Shown in pieces: positions 1 to 9,468 of a stretch of DNA of 64,000 bases. The stretch's first letter is position 1; every line of letters starts with the position of its first letter. The position numbers and the translations under genes were made by a program. Source of the stretch: a bacterium (GTDB taxonomy: Bacteria > Myxococcota > UBA727 > JAUIJE01); the NCBI GenBank assembly GCA_030431455.1, contig JAUIJE010000002.1, positions 65,294-129,293 on the forward strand, read 5' to 3'. The notes under the pieces are model-generated. The model was not told where the DNA came from, made no database searches, and saw nothing but the letters and a program-made list of their open reading frames with translations.

Positions 1-1247
1 TGCAGCGGGCCGGCGGGGACCTTGGCCAGGACCGCGTCGTACAGCCCGAGGTGGGTGGGGGCGAGCAAGGTGCGTTCGAACACCGCCTGCAGCCGCAACA
101 GCAATGTACCTGCTTCGTCGGGGCTGACCTCGAGGAGTTCGCGCACCGCGGCGACAAAATCGTCGCGCCGGCTCTGGGCCGTCTCCAGCTGGGCCTGGGT
201 CTGGCCGTCGAGCTCGGCCGCGAGCTGGGCGAAGCCCCGGGCGTGGCGGGCCCGCAACGCGGCCGCGTCGTCCCGCTCGGCGAGGCGGTCCCGGGCGAAC
301 GCCCGCACCGGGTGCAGCACCCGGTAGACGCCGTCGTCACCCGCGCGCACCAACATCGACTTGCGCCACAGGGTGGCGAGCATGGGCCCGGCCGCGTCGG
401 GGTTCTCGAGCATGTGGGCGAACCGCGCGGGGTCGACGTCGCCTTGGTGCAGCGCGCACAACAGCAGGGCCCGCTCCTCGTCGGGGCGGAGGGTCTCGAA
501 GCTCTGCTCGATGGTGGCCCGCAGCGACCGGTGCCGCGCGGACGAGCGCGGGTTTTTGGTCTGGAGCAACCGCAGCGAACGCTGCAGCCGCTCTTCGATC
601 TGGGCCACGCTGAGCACCTCGGCCCGGGACGCGGCGAGCTCGATGGCGAGGGGGAGGTTGCTCAACCGCTCGAGGAGCCGGGGCAAGGCCGGGTCCTTGG
701 GGTTGAGGGGGTGGTCAGGGCGCAGGCCCGAGGCCCGCTCCAAAAAGAGCGCGGCCGCGGCCTTGTCGTCGAGGGGCTCGAGGTTGAACACCCGCTCGCC
801 GGGCAGGCCGGTGGGGGCGCGGGCGGTGAACACCAACCGCGACTCTTGGGCCCGGGCCAAAAACGGTGCCACCAACTCGGGCAAGACCTCGGCCATGAGG
901 TGCTCGACGTTGTCGATCACGAGCAGGAGTTCGCCCCGCAATGCCACTGCACGACTGAGGCGGGCAAACGCTTCGTCCCGGTCCCCGACCCCGCCCGCGG
1001 AGATGTCGAGATGCTGGGCCGCCACCGCGAGGATGTCCTCGGGGGTCTCGGCGTTGGCGAAATCGATCGCCACCCCGCGGAACGGGTCCTGGTCAGACTC
1101 GAGCAGCTGGCGCGCGAGCGCGGACTTGCCCACCCCCGCGGGCCCGGTGATGGTGACGATGCGCGGGCCCTCGGCGATGAGCGCGCGCAGGCGCCGCTCG
1201 TCGTGATCGCGGCCAAACAGGCCCCCGGGGGCTTTGCGCTGGGGCAT
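1..1247 (-). CDS. STAND-type AAA+ NTPase (NB-ARC/AfsR/MalT-like), N-terminal part; 3' end runs off the window
   Basis: Minus-strand frame from ATG 1245-1247 reads MPQRKAPGGLFGRDHDERRLRALIAEGPRIVTITGPAGVGKSALARQLLESDQDPFRGVAIDFANAETPEDILAVAAQHLD... (Walker A GPAGVGKS), open down to position 1. It is absent from the ORF track only because its stop lies off-window. The start overlaps the kinase stop (ATGA). Confidence 0.65.
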   Translation of the reverse strand, partial: MPQRKAPGGLFGRDHDERRLRALIAEGPRIVTITGPAGVGKSALARQLLESDQDPFRGVAIDFANAETPEDILAVAAQHLDISAGGVGDRDEAFARLSRAVALRGELLLVIDNVEHLMAEVLPELVAPFLARAQESRLVFTARAPTGLPGERVFNLEPLDDKAAAALFLERASGLRPDHPLNPKDPALPRLLERLSNLPLAIELAASRAEVLSVAQIEERLQRSLRLLQTKNPRSSARHRSLRATIEQSFETLRPDEERALLLCALHQGDVDPARFAHMLENPDAAGPMLATLWRKSMLVRAGDDGVYRVLHPVRAFARDRLAERDDAAALRARHARGFAQLAAELDGQTQAQLETAQSRRDDFVAAVRELLEVSPDEAGTLLLRLQAVFERTLLAPTHLGLYDAVLAKVPAGPL

Positions 1248-2866
1248 CAGGTGCTCTCCGGGGCCGGGCGCCGCACGGTGTCGTCCACGACGTCAAAACC
1301 GAGCTCTTCCAGGGCGATCCGCAATGTCTGCGCAGAGACCGCGGGCAGGGCCACCGCCTTTTGCAGGTCGGTCATCGAGACCGGCCCCTCGGGGTGGGAT
1401 TGGAAAAAGAGCGCGACCCGGGCCTGCACCAGGTCATTTTCGAGTTCGGCCACCCGTTGGTTGCGCTCGGAGAAGCGGTTGCCCAACGTCCGCACAAACG
1501 CGCCCAGCCAGGAGTCGAGCCCCACCGCGTCGGCGAGGTAGCGGCCGGGCACGCTGATGAGCTCGACGTCGGTGAGGGCCCGCACCGAGGCGTTGCGCGG
1601 GCTGCCGGTGAACACCGCGGTCTCGCCGAACACATCCCCCGCGGCCAGGGTCTCGTAGCGGTGCTCGACCCCGTCCCGCTCGACGAACACCTCGCACTGG
1701 CCTTGGCGGATGTAGAACGCGTCGTCGCCCTGGTCCCCGGCGGTCACGATCAGGTCCCCGGCCCGGCAGTGACGCACCGGGAACCGGATGCGCCCCCGCA
1801 GCACCTGCTGCACCGCGTTCTTGAATGCAGTGACATTTTGGAAACGGTCGGTGGGGTCTTTGCGCATCGCGCTCTTGGCCACCTCCAGCAACGCCCGGCG
1901 GAGGGTGTTCATGCGGTGGGTCTTGATCTCGGGCAGGCGCGACTCCGCGGCCCGGGCCAGCGAGTCGAACGCGTTGGTGCCCTCGAAGGGGGCACGCCCC
2001 ACCAACACCCGGTAGAGCACCGCCCCGAGCCCGAACACGTCGGTGCGCTCGTCGATGTTCTCGACGTCGCCCCGGGCTTGCTCCGGCGCCATGTACGCGT
2101 AGGTGCCAAGCACCACCCCTTCCTCTTCCACCGGGGCCGCGGTGAGGGTGGTGGTGCGGCGCCGGATGACCTGGGTGTCGGTCGGATTGATATTTTCAGA
2201 AACATCAAACTCAGGCGCGTCGCCCAGCACCGCGGTGTGGGCCATGACCCGGGCGATGCCCCAGTCCATGAGGTACACCTGACCGTGTTCGCCGACCATG
2301 ATGTTGGCGGGCTTGATGTCCCGGTGCACCACCCCCCGGCTGTGGGCGAAGGACAGGGCGTCACAGACCCGGAAAAAGATGTCCAGCGCCGCCTCGATGT
2401 CCTCGTCGGACAGGGGGGCCCGGTGGCGCAGCCATTCGCTCAGGGTCTCGCCTTCGATCAGCGGCATGGTGAAGAACATCACCCCGTCGTCGTCGGTGCC
2501 GAGCTCGTACACCGACACGATGTTGGGGTGCTCGAGCTGCCCCGTGACCTGGGCCTCGGCCAAGAACCGGTTCCGGTACTTGGTGTCCTGGGCGAGGTCC
2601 TGGGGCAACAGCTTCATCGCCACGGTGCGGTGGAGCGAACGCTCCAGCACCCGGTGCACCGCCCCCATCCCCCCGTGGCCGATCTCGCCCTCGTCGACAA
2701 AGCGCTCGTCCAGCCCATAGACATTGGACTCGGCGGGACGGACCGCGACCTCCCGGGGGGCGCGCTCGCCGGGCGGTTTGCGCTCCAGGGCGGTGGTGGC
2801 GTCCGGGGTCAGGCGCAGCCGCCCTTTGGCCGCAGTGGAGGGGCCGGTGGAGTTGTCGTCGGTCAT
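1247..2866 (-). CDS. Ser/Thr protein kinase with C-terminal cyclic-nucleotide-binding (CAP-family) domain
   Basis: ORF 1247..3073; best start is ATG 2866 (MTDDNST...). Kinase motifs HRDIKPANIM, DWGIAR and APE are present. The C-terminal segment RFPVRHCRAGDLIVTAGDQGDDAFYIRQGQCEVF...GDVFGETAV is a typical cNMP-binding fold. Confidence 0.85.
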   Translation of the reverse strand: MTDDNSTGPSTAAKGRLRLTPDATTALERKPPGERAPREVAVRPAESNVYGLDERFVDEGEIGHGGMGAVHRVLERSLHRTVAMKLLPQDLAQDTKYRNRFLAEAQVTGQLEHPNIVSVYELGTDDDGVMFFTMPLIEGETLSEWLRHRAPLSDEDIEAALDIFFRVCDALSFAHSRGVVHRDIKPANIMVGEHGQVYLMDWGIARVMAHTAVLGDAPEFDVSENINPTDTQVIRRRTTTLTAAPVEEEGVVLGTYAYMAPEQARGDVENIDERTDVFGLGAVLYRVLVGRAPFEGTNAFDSLARAAESRLPEIKTHRMNTLRRALLEVAKSAMRKDPTDRFQNVTAFKNAVQQVLRGRIRFPVRHCRAGDLIVTAGDQGDDAFYIRQGQCEVFVERDGVEHRYETLAAGDVFGETAVFTGSPRNASVRALTDVELISVPGRYLADAVGLDSWLGAFVRTLGNRFSERNQRVAELENDLVQARVALFFQSHPEGPVSMTDLQKAVALPAVSAQTLRIALEELGFDVVDDTVRRPAPEST

Positions 2867-4230
2867 GCGTCCCGCTCGTCCAAGAACCCGTCCACCAGCC
2901 GGCGAATGAGCGGCTCGGTCTCGGGGTGGTCCCAACGTTGTTCGATCTCGTCGAGGGCGAGGACCTTTTGCATCAACGCGTCTTGGGCTCGCCCGTAGGC
3001 CTGGGCCTCGGCGTAGGGGCGGTGGGAGAACGTCACCATCGAATACAACGGGAGGTACCGGTCGCCGTACCATTGGGAGATCTTCTTCTCGATCTTCTTC
3101 TGGAGCACGAACCGGTCGTCGGCGACCCGGTCCCGCATCTCAATGAAATTGTACAAAGCGAGGTCGGCGATGGCGTCGGCGTCGGGTTTGCGCCGGGCGG
3201 AGTACAGGCCGAACGCGCGCCCCCAGTCCTCGCCGGTCTCGTCGAGGATCGCGGACAACACGGTGCAGTCCTCCATGCCCGCGTTGAGCCCCTGGCCATA
3301 AAAGGGCACCACCGCGTGGGCTGCGTCCCCGAGCAGGCACACCTTGTCCTCGAGATGAAAGGGGGCACAGCGAATGGTGCCGAGGGGCGAGGTGGGGTTG
3401 TCGAAAAAGTCCTGCACCAGCGTGGGCATGTGGGGCACGGCGTCGGCGAAGGTCTCGGCGAAGAACGCCTCGACCTTGCTCTTGTCGTCGAGGGCGGCGA
3501 AGGACACGTCCCCCTCGAAGGGCAAAAACAGAGTGCAGGTGAAGCTCCCGTCCGGGTTGGGGAGCGCGATGAGCATGAACGTGCCCCGCGGCCAGATGTG
3601 CAGGGCGTTCTTTTCGATGCGGTAGCCCCCCGCGGGGTCGGCGGGGATGTAGAGCTCTTTGTAGCCGTGGCTCAGCCACTGCTGGCTGTAGTCGAACCGC
3701 GGGGTCTTGAGCATCGACCAGCGCACCGCGGAGAAGGCCCCGTCGCAGCCGAACACGAGGTCGGCGTAGTCGGTGACCTGGGCCCCGTCGTCGCGCAGAA
3801 ACGTCGCCGCGGGGCGCGCGAAGTCCACGTCTTCGAGGGCGTGGCGGAAGTGAAAGCTGACGTTGCCGTCTTGTTCGGCGTGGTCCATCAGGCGTCGGTT
3901 GAGCGCGCCGCGGTCGACGCTGAAGATGGCCTGGTCGGCCTCGCCGTAGGGCTGGAGGTTGGTCGCCCCGTGTTCGTCGTGGATCATCCGGCCGCGCATG
4001 GGGATCGCCTCGCCCCGGATGAGGTCGCCGGCCCCGATCTTGTCGAGCGCGCGGAAGCCGCGGTCGCTCAGGGCGAGGTTGATCGAACGCCCGGCGCCGA
4101 TGTCCTCGGCGCGCATGTCCCCCCGCCGCTCGAACACGCGCACCCGGTGCCCCCGCTGGGCCAGCGCGCTGGCCCACATGGCCCCCACCGGTCCGGCCCC
4201 GACGACGATGATGTCCTTGGTCGCGCCCAT
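2863..4230 (-). CDS. kmo: kynurenine 3-monooxygenase
   Basis: ORF 2863..4305; start at ATG 4230 (MGATKDIIVVGAGPVGAMWA, FAD GxGxxG). Strong full-length similarity pattern to KMO (FHFRHALEDVDF..., LLGDAAHAVVPFYGQGLNAGMEDC). The stop overlaps the kinase start (ATGA). Confidence 0.85.
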   Translation of the reverse strand: MGATKDIIVVGAGPVGAMWASALAQRGHRVRVFERRGDMRAEDIGAGRSINLALSDRGFRALDKIGAGDLIRGEAIPMRGRMIHDEHGATNLQPYGEADQAIFSVDRGALNRRLMDHAEQDGNVSFHFRHALEDVDFARPAATFLRDDGAQVTDYADLVFGCDGAFSAVRWSMLKTPRFDYSQQWLSHGYKELYIPADPAGGYRIEKNALHIWPRGTFMLIALPNPDGSFTCTLFLPFEGDVSFAALDDKSKVEAFFAETFADAVPHMPTLVQDFFDNPTSPLGTIRCAPFHLEDKVCLLGDAAHAVVPFYGQGLNAGMEDCTVLSAILDETGEDWGRAFGLYSARRKPDADAIADLALYNFIEMRDRVADDRFVLQKKIEKKISQWYGDRYLPLYSMVTFSHRPYAEAQAYGRAQDALMQKVLALDEIEQRWDHPETEPLIRRLVDGFLDERDA

Positions 4231-4273
4231 TGGATCCTCCCGCACGCGGATGTGTGGGCCTTTGTAACGCCGT

Positions 4274-5770
4274 ATGACGTTTCCTTGCGCCCGAAGTTCG
4301 TCCAACCGGGGCCGACATGTCGTTTCTCCCCCGTGGAGGTGGGTGCCAGTCGTGATTTCGCAATGTTTTCAGCTATTTATCGTGCGCTGCACGGTGGTGC
4401 TGACGGTGCTGCTGTGCGCCGGGGCGACCCGCAGCGCGGACGAAGAGGCCCTGCGCTGGCTGGATCAGGCCGACGCGCTGCTCGAGACCACCTACGGCAC
4501 CTACCCCGCGCGGGAGCGCGACGGGCTGGCCCAGGCCAAGACGCTGATCGAACGCGCCACCCAGGCCCGCGCGCGCGTCGAGGCCGAAGCGGGCGCGCTG
4601 TCGGCGCGGCTGGCCACGGTGCGCACGCGGCTCGAGGTCGCCGAAGCCGCCCACGTGTGCTCGACCCGGTTGCGGCGCATCCGCGACCAACACCTGCGCG
4701 AGCAGCCCGCGGCCCCGCGCGACTTTGACCGCTTGGCGCGGGCCATCCACAAGTTGCGCCGGACCGCGCCCGAGGCCCGGCCCATCGCCGACCGCTACGC
4801 GGGGTTGCAAAAAGACCTCGCCGACCAGGACCGGCACCTGCGCGCGGTGGCGGTGGACCGGGACCAGCTCGAACAGGCCCGGCGCGCCCGGCTGCGGGCC
4901 CGGGTGGCGGTGGACAAAAGCCTCGCCCTGCTCGACCTCGCCCGGGCCGACGCCCGCGCCCAAAAGGACAGCGGCGCGCTGCACCATGTGCAGCTGTCCC
5001 TGCACGACACCACCCTGCCCGACGCCGTGCGCAGCTACATTGCGCACGAAGCGTTCCACGTCGCCCGGCAACTCGCGTTTGCGGGGTCGGACGAGGACGC
5101 GGGACGGTCCCTGGCCGCGCTCACCGAGGGCGATCTGCTGCGCACCGCCCGCACCAGCTCCCGGCACAACAGCTTCACCATCAAGGCCCAGGCCGGGCGC
5201 TGCTATGCCCTGTTCACCGCGATGGGTGAGCCCCAGTCCGCTCTCATCGACGTGCGCTTTTTCCGGCGCCGGGGCACCCCGGGGTTGACCCCGTTTTCGT
5301 CCGACGGGGGCCGCGAGGCCGGCGCCCCCCGGGTGTTCGGCTTTTGTTCGCCCGCCACCTTCGCGGTCCGGGTCAAGACCGTGCTCTCGCCGGGGGCGAG
5401 CGCACGCCACGCGGTGGTCGCGTTTGATCCAGTTGCATTCCCGCCTCACCTGGTGGCCCGGCTGGCCGTGCCCCCGCCCGACTGCGCCCACCACCGCCCG
5501 GTGGTGCCGGGCACGGTCGCGTATTGGGGAAAGCAGCCGGTGACGGTGGTCGACCCCGGTCCCGAGGGCGCGCTCCTCGTGCAGGTCGTGCCGTGGGGCA
5601 GCGCCGAAGCGGTGCAGGTCTCGCGCCGCGAGCTCAGCGCCAAGCCGGGGGAAAAGCCCGCCCCCGCCGGCGCCGCCCCGGGGTGTTCGGCCGCGCCCGC
5701 CCCGCGCCCCGACGCGCTCGCCGGCATGCGCCTGCGCTACCTCGTCGACGAACGGGACGCGACCCAGTAG
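4274..5770 (+). CDS. hypothetical secreted protein (signal peptide, coiled-coil region, SH3-like C-terminus)
   Basis: Strong GC3 bias throughout. A hydrophobic N-region VISQCFQLFIVRCTVVLTVLLCAGA suggests the real start may be GTG 4352. Divergent from kmo. Confidence 0.5.
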   Translation: MTFPCARSSSNRGRHVVSPPWRWVPVVISQCFQLFIVRCTVVLTVLLCAGATRSADEEALRWLDQADALLETTYGTYPARERDGLAQAKTLIERATQARARVEAEAGALSARLATVRTRLEVAEAAHVCSTRLRRIRDQHLREQPAAPRDFDRLARAIHKLRRTAPEARPIADRYAGLQKDLADQDRHLRAVAVDRDQLEQARRARLRARVAVDKSLALLDLARADARAQKDSGALHHVQLSLHDTTLPDAVRSYIAHEAFHVARQLAFAGSDEDAGRSLAALTEGDLLRTARTSSRHNSFTIKAQAGRCYALFTAMGEPQSALIDVRFFRRRGTPGLTPFSSDGGREAGAPRVFGFCSPATFAVRVKTVLSPGASARHAVVAFDPVAFPPHLVARLAVPPPDCAHHRPVVPGTVAYWGKQPVTVVDPGPEGALLVQVVPWGSAEAVQVSRRELSAKPGEKPAPAGAAPGCSAAPAPRPDALAGMRLRYLVDERDATQ

Positions 5771-5846
5771 CGACTCAACTTGGCACAGCCGCGCGCTGCA
5801 GAGACATGGGGCCGAGGCCTCGCGTTACCCTTTCCCGGGGGGGGCG

Positions 5847-6389
5847 ATGGCGGTTCTGTTCACAATGCTGTTGTTTTCGGGCGGGCTCGAACAAAGCGCC
5901 CCCGCGCCGCGGGCCGACGCGCGGGCCGAGGACCAGGTCCGCGACGAGAAGACCGACGACGACCGGCCCCGCCGGCGGCGAGAGGCCCGCGACGACGACG
6001 CGGCCGGGGCGGGCTGTGTGACCGGGGGGATGATCGCGGTGGTCGCGGTGGTGGCGGTGGCCGCGGTGGCCGCGGTGGTGGTCGCGGTGGTGGCGGTGTT
6101 CGGGGTGGCCGGCCTGGTGGTGTTGACCACCGGCGCGTTCGAGGAAGCGGTGTGCGGCCCGTTGTGCGCCTCGGCGTGCAGCCTGCTCGGCATCCCCGGC
6201 CTGTTGGCCGGCGTCTGTGACAACGTGGTCAGCGGCGTGTGCGGTGCGTTCACCGCCCCCCTCGACGCGGCCACCGGCGCCTGTGCGTCCGCCGCGTGCG
6301 CGGGCACGGTGGCGCCAACGGCGCCGGGCGGGTGGGCCGGGGCCACGCTTGCGGTCCCGCAGGCCGCGGCGGGCCCGATGCGGTTCTGA
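5847..6389 (+). CDS. small Cys-rich membrane protein (hypothetical)
   Basis: GC3-biased ORF with a poly-Val/Ala TM helix and a cluster of Cys (VCGPLCASACSLLG...GVCDNVVSGVCGAF...GACASAACAG). Its stop abuts the stop of the convergent gene 6390..7073. The opposite strand here is junk. Confidence 0.3.
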   Translation: MAVLFTMLLFSGGLEQSAPAPRADARAEDQVRDEKTDDDRPRRRREARDDDAAGAGCVTGGMIAVVAVVAVAAVAAVVVAVVAVFGVAGLVVLTTGAFEEAVCGPLCASACSLLGIPGLLAGVCDNVVSGVCGAFTAPLDAATGACASAACAGTVAPTAPGGWAGATLAVPQAAAGPMRF

Positions 6390-7073
6390 TCACTCCGCGA
6401 GCAAACCGACCACGACCAAACCACCGCCGACCCCGAGCGCGGCCGACGACATCGCCACGCCCCCGAGCGCGGCCCACACCCCGACCCGACCGATGTTGCG
6501 CACGTCGGGGTCGTGGGTCGGATAGACCAACCCCATGTACATGCTCCCCGCGGCCGCCGCGCAGAGGGCCAACGCCAGAGCCCCCGCCGCGGCGGTGAGC
6601 CCGCCGGCGGTGAGCCAAGGGAACGAAGCCGGGGCCGCCGCCGGCTGCGGGTCCACGGGGGCGGGGGCGGGGGCGGGGGCGGCCGGCACCGGGTCTGGGG
6701 CCGCGGGGGCGGCCGCGACCGGGCGGTCCTCGAGATACTCGCGTTTGACCAGGTCGAAGAACGCCTTGATTTTGGGCGGCTCGCCCGCGGGCAGGTCCGC
6801 CGCGGGGTCGATCTTGAGCGCTTCGCGAAAATGCAGCCGGGCCTCGACGTCGCGGTTGAGGATGCGCTGCACGCGGCCCGCTTGCATGTTGGCGGCGAAG
6901 CGGTCCTCGTCGGTGAGCGCGGGGTCGGTGAGCACCTCGAGGAGCAGCTCGCGGGCCTGCTCATACTCGAGCTCCTCGACCAGTTGGCGGCTCTCGGCCA
7001 GCCGCGGGTCGGACGCGGGGGCCGCGGCCACGAACAACAACAGCGCCGCACAGACCATGCGTCTTTGTACCAA
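6390..7073 (-). CDS. small TPR-like membrane-anchored protein, module copy 1 (partner of 7095..9425)
   Basis: N-terminal signal-like MVCAALLLFVAAAPA, then LEYEQARELLLEVL...RFAANMQAGRVQRILNRDVEARLHFREALKIDP...PPKIKAFFDLVKREY, a Pro/Ala linker and a C-terminal two-helix hydrophobic hairpin. Clear paralog of 55707..56435 and 56434..57189. Confidence 0.6.
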   Translation of the reverse strand: MVQRRMVCAALLLFVAAAPASDPRLAESRQLVEELEYEQARELLLEVLTDPALTDEDRFAANMQAGRVQRILNRDVEARLHFREALKIDPAADLPAGEPPKIKAFFDLVKREYLEDRPVAAAPAAPDPVPAAPAPAPAPVDPQPAAAPASFPWLTAGGLTAAAGALALALCAAAAGSMYMGLVYPTHDPDVRNIGRVGVWAALGGVAMSSAALGVGGGLVVVGLLAE

Positions 7074-7094
7074 GCCCGCGGCGTCCTGTGGGGG

Positions 7095-9425
7095 TCAGGG
7101 GCTTTCGCAACACCCGACGTCGGGCCCGGCCCCCGCGCTGCGCGAGGCCCCGTACAGGTCGCGCTCGTCGGGGTCGAAGCCCCCGGGGTCGGCGCTTTCG
7201 AACAGGTACCCGCCCGCGCTCGCCTGAAAGGTCAGCCCGTCCACCGCCACCGCCCCCATCGGGCAGGTCGGGTACGGCGCTTCGTCGACGAGCAGCCCAT
7301 AACAGGTCAAGGCGTCATTGACCGCGGGCGCGGGCGGCACCACCACCCCCGCCCCGACCGCCACCCCGGTGACCTTGCCGAACACGCTGTGGTTGACCGA
7401 CACCGCGGGCGCCGCCGGGGCCCCGCCGCCGGCGGGGTTTTTTCGAAACGGCACCACGTCCACCGCCTCCGGGCACCCGCCGAAGGAGAAGACGCTGTTG
7501 ATCACCGCGATGGAGAACGCATCGCCCACGTAGGCGGCCGCGGGGTACATCCCGCAGGCCCCGACCTGAAACAGCGACACCCCCACCAGGCGCACCACGT
7601 TGGCCTCCACCGCGTCCACCACCGCCCCGAAGCTCCCCAGCACAATGCTGTTGCGAAGCTGGGCAGATCCGCCCGCGCGCACCGCGGCGGGGACCGCGAC
7701 CCCGTTGGCGTAAAACGAGACGCGGTCGAAGGTGACGTTCTCCGTGGAGGCGTCGCCGTTCTGCGACAGCCACACCCCGACCTCGGCGGTCGACGCCACG
7801 TAGAACCCGATGTCCTCGAAGCTCACGTCGTGCGCCGCGATGACGCTGATGAGGCCATGCTCGACGGGCGCGGTGTTGGCCAAGAACACCTCAGGGGGCG
7901 ACGGGCTGTTCGCGCTTGACGCCATCGTCACCCCCGACGCGCCCAGGGCGAGCCCATCGGCGCGATACTGGAACAAGTCGGCGTCCGCGGGGGCGACCAA
8001 CTCGATGCGCACCCCCGGCAACACCGCGGCGATCGCGTCCTCGACCCCCTGGGCGCCCACAAAGTCGCAGTCGCGCCCCTCCACCTCTTGGCAACGGCTC
8101 TGGCTCGGGCCCACCAACAACACGTCCGAGAGCGCGCCGCTCCAGGCGCCCGACACCGCCCCGGGGGTGCGGCCGTCGCTGTAGTCCACCCCCATCAAGT
8201 CCACCGGGGGCAGGTCGGGGACATTGGTGGCCGCGATGTCGAGGGCGGCCACGCCCTCGGCGAGGTACGGGTTGTTGGCCGCGACCAGGCCGGGGTTGGC
8301 CGCGCTCACCAGGTTGCTGCCGCCGCCGGGGGGGCCTTGGTAGCCCCACACCACGTTGCCCTCCACCGTGGACAGCGCGCTGGCCGGGGTGGGGGCAAAC
8401 AGGGGGTCATCCTGCAGCGAGAGCGACACAAAGACATTGTTGACCGCGGACAGCTCGCTGGCTCCGCTCACGTTGATGGGGTTGGGCTCCACCACCACGA
8501 TGGTGTTGTGCACAAGGCTCGCCCCCGTGCTGCCCTCCGCGGTCACCCCCGCTTCGAACCACCCCGTGATGTAGCTCGTGGACAACTGTGAATAGCTGCC
8601 CAACCACACCGCCTCGTTGATGTAGTTGTGCCCGTCGTAGGCCGGGGCCAGGCCCCGGATGCGCAACCGCGAAAACCGGCAGTTCTCGGCCAAGGCCGCG
8701 TAGATGGCCCGGACCCCGCCCCCCTCGACGTCGATGCGCAGCCCCTGCAGGCTCACCCCATCGGCGGTGACCTGGATCGTGCCCACGCTCTCAGGCATGC
8801 CCTCGCCCACCACCCGCGGCCGGCTGGTCGCGAACAGGCCGTCGATGTGCACCGCCTTGTCGACGATCCACGGCCCTTGGTAGACCCCGTCGAACACGCG
8901 CAGGGTGTCGCCGTCGGCCATCGCGTCCAGCGCACTCTCGAACACCGCGGGCGCGGTGCCGACAAAATCGCACGGCCCCCCGCACCCGCCCGGGTTGGCC
9001 CCCAACGTGAACACCCCCGCCGGCGTGCCCGCGTCCCCGGGCATCACCCCCGCATCCAGCCCCGCGTCGGCCCGGCCGGCGTCGGCCCGACCGGCGTCGG
9101 CATCGCCATCCCCGTCGCCATCGCCATCCCCGTCGCCATCGCCATCCCCGTCCCCATCGCCGGACGAGCCGGCGTCGGTCCCCCCGTCCTCTGGTTCAAC
9201 AAAGCCGCCGTCCGGGGGCTCGTCGCCGTCGCCATCCCCGTCGCCGTCCCCGTCCCCATCCCCGTCGCCCCCGGGCTGGCAGGTGCCGTCCGCGGCGCAC
9301 ACTTGGTTCGCGCCGCAGTCGGCGTCGTCGTCGCAGAAGGTGGCCAACAGCAGACAGCCGGGGCTGAAAGACCCGGCCCACAACCCGATCAAAAATGCGG
9401 TGGTCGTCCGGCGCGCACGCGTCAT
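7095..9425 (-). CDS. large lipoprotein: N-terminal Cys knot, (GD)n linker, right-handed parallel beta-helix (pectate-lyase fold), module copy 1
   Basis: MTRARRTTTAFLIGLWAGSFSPGCLL..CDDDADCGANQVCAADGTCQPGGDGDGD...; repeated NxxxxG/beta-helix-like segments follow. It lies directly downstream of kynU (44-bp gap) and upstream of the small partner. Confidence 0.7.
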   Translation of the reverse strand: MTRARRTTTAFLIGLWAGSFSPGCLLLATFCDDDADCGANQVCAADGTCQPGGDGDGDGDGDGDGDGDEPPDGGFVEPEDGGTDAGSSGDGDGDGDGDGDGDGDGDGDADAGRADAGRADAGLDAGVMPGDAGTPAGVFTLGANPGGCGGPCDFVGTAPAVFESALDAMADGDTLRVFDGVYQGPWIVDKAVHIDGLFATSRPRVVGEGMPESVGTIQVTADGVSLQGLRIDVEGGGVRAIYAALAENCRFSRLRIRGLAPAYDGHNYINEAVWLGSYSQLSTSYITGWFEAGVTAEGSTGASLVHNTIVVVEPNPINVSGASELSAVNNVFVSLSLQDDPLFAPTPASALSTVEGNVVWGYQGPPGGGSNLVSAANPGLVAANNPYLAEGVAALDIAATNVPDLPPVDLMGVDYSDGRTPGAVSGAWSGALSDVLLVGPSQSRCQEVEGRDCDFVGAQGVEDAIAAVLPGVRIELVAPADADLFQYRADGLALGASGVTMASSANSPSPPEVFLANTAPVEHGLISVIAAHDVSFEDIGFYVASTAEVGVWLSQNGDASTENVTFDRVSFYANGVAVPAAVRAGGSAQLRNSIVLGSFGAVVDAVEANVVRLVGVSLFQVGACGMYPAAAYVGDAFSIAVINSVFSFGGCPEAVDVVPFRKNPAGGGAPAAPAVSVNHSVFGKVTGVAVGAGVVVPPAPAVNDALTCYGLLVDEAPYPTCPMGAVAVDGLTFQASAGGYLFESADPGGFDPDERDLYGASRSAGAGPDVGCCESP

Positions 9426-9468
9426 CGCACGAGGCTACCACAGCCACCACCGCGGCCCGGAGGGTGCC

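Noticed and set aside
51-1541. 496-aa plus-strand ORF and a suspected frameshift in the STAND NTPase gene near 1080
   Set aside because: The plus ORF is antisense to the real minus-strand NTPase gene. On careful re-reading of 1021-1100 the minus-strand frame is continuous (…LLESDQDPFRGVAIDFANAETPEDILAVAAQHLD…), so there is no frameshift or pseudogene.
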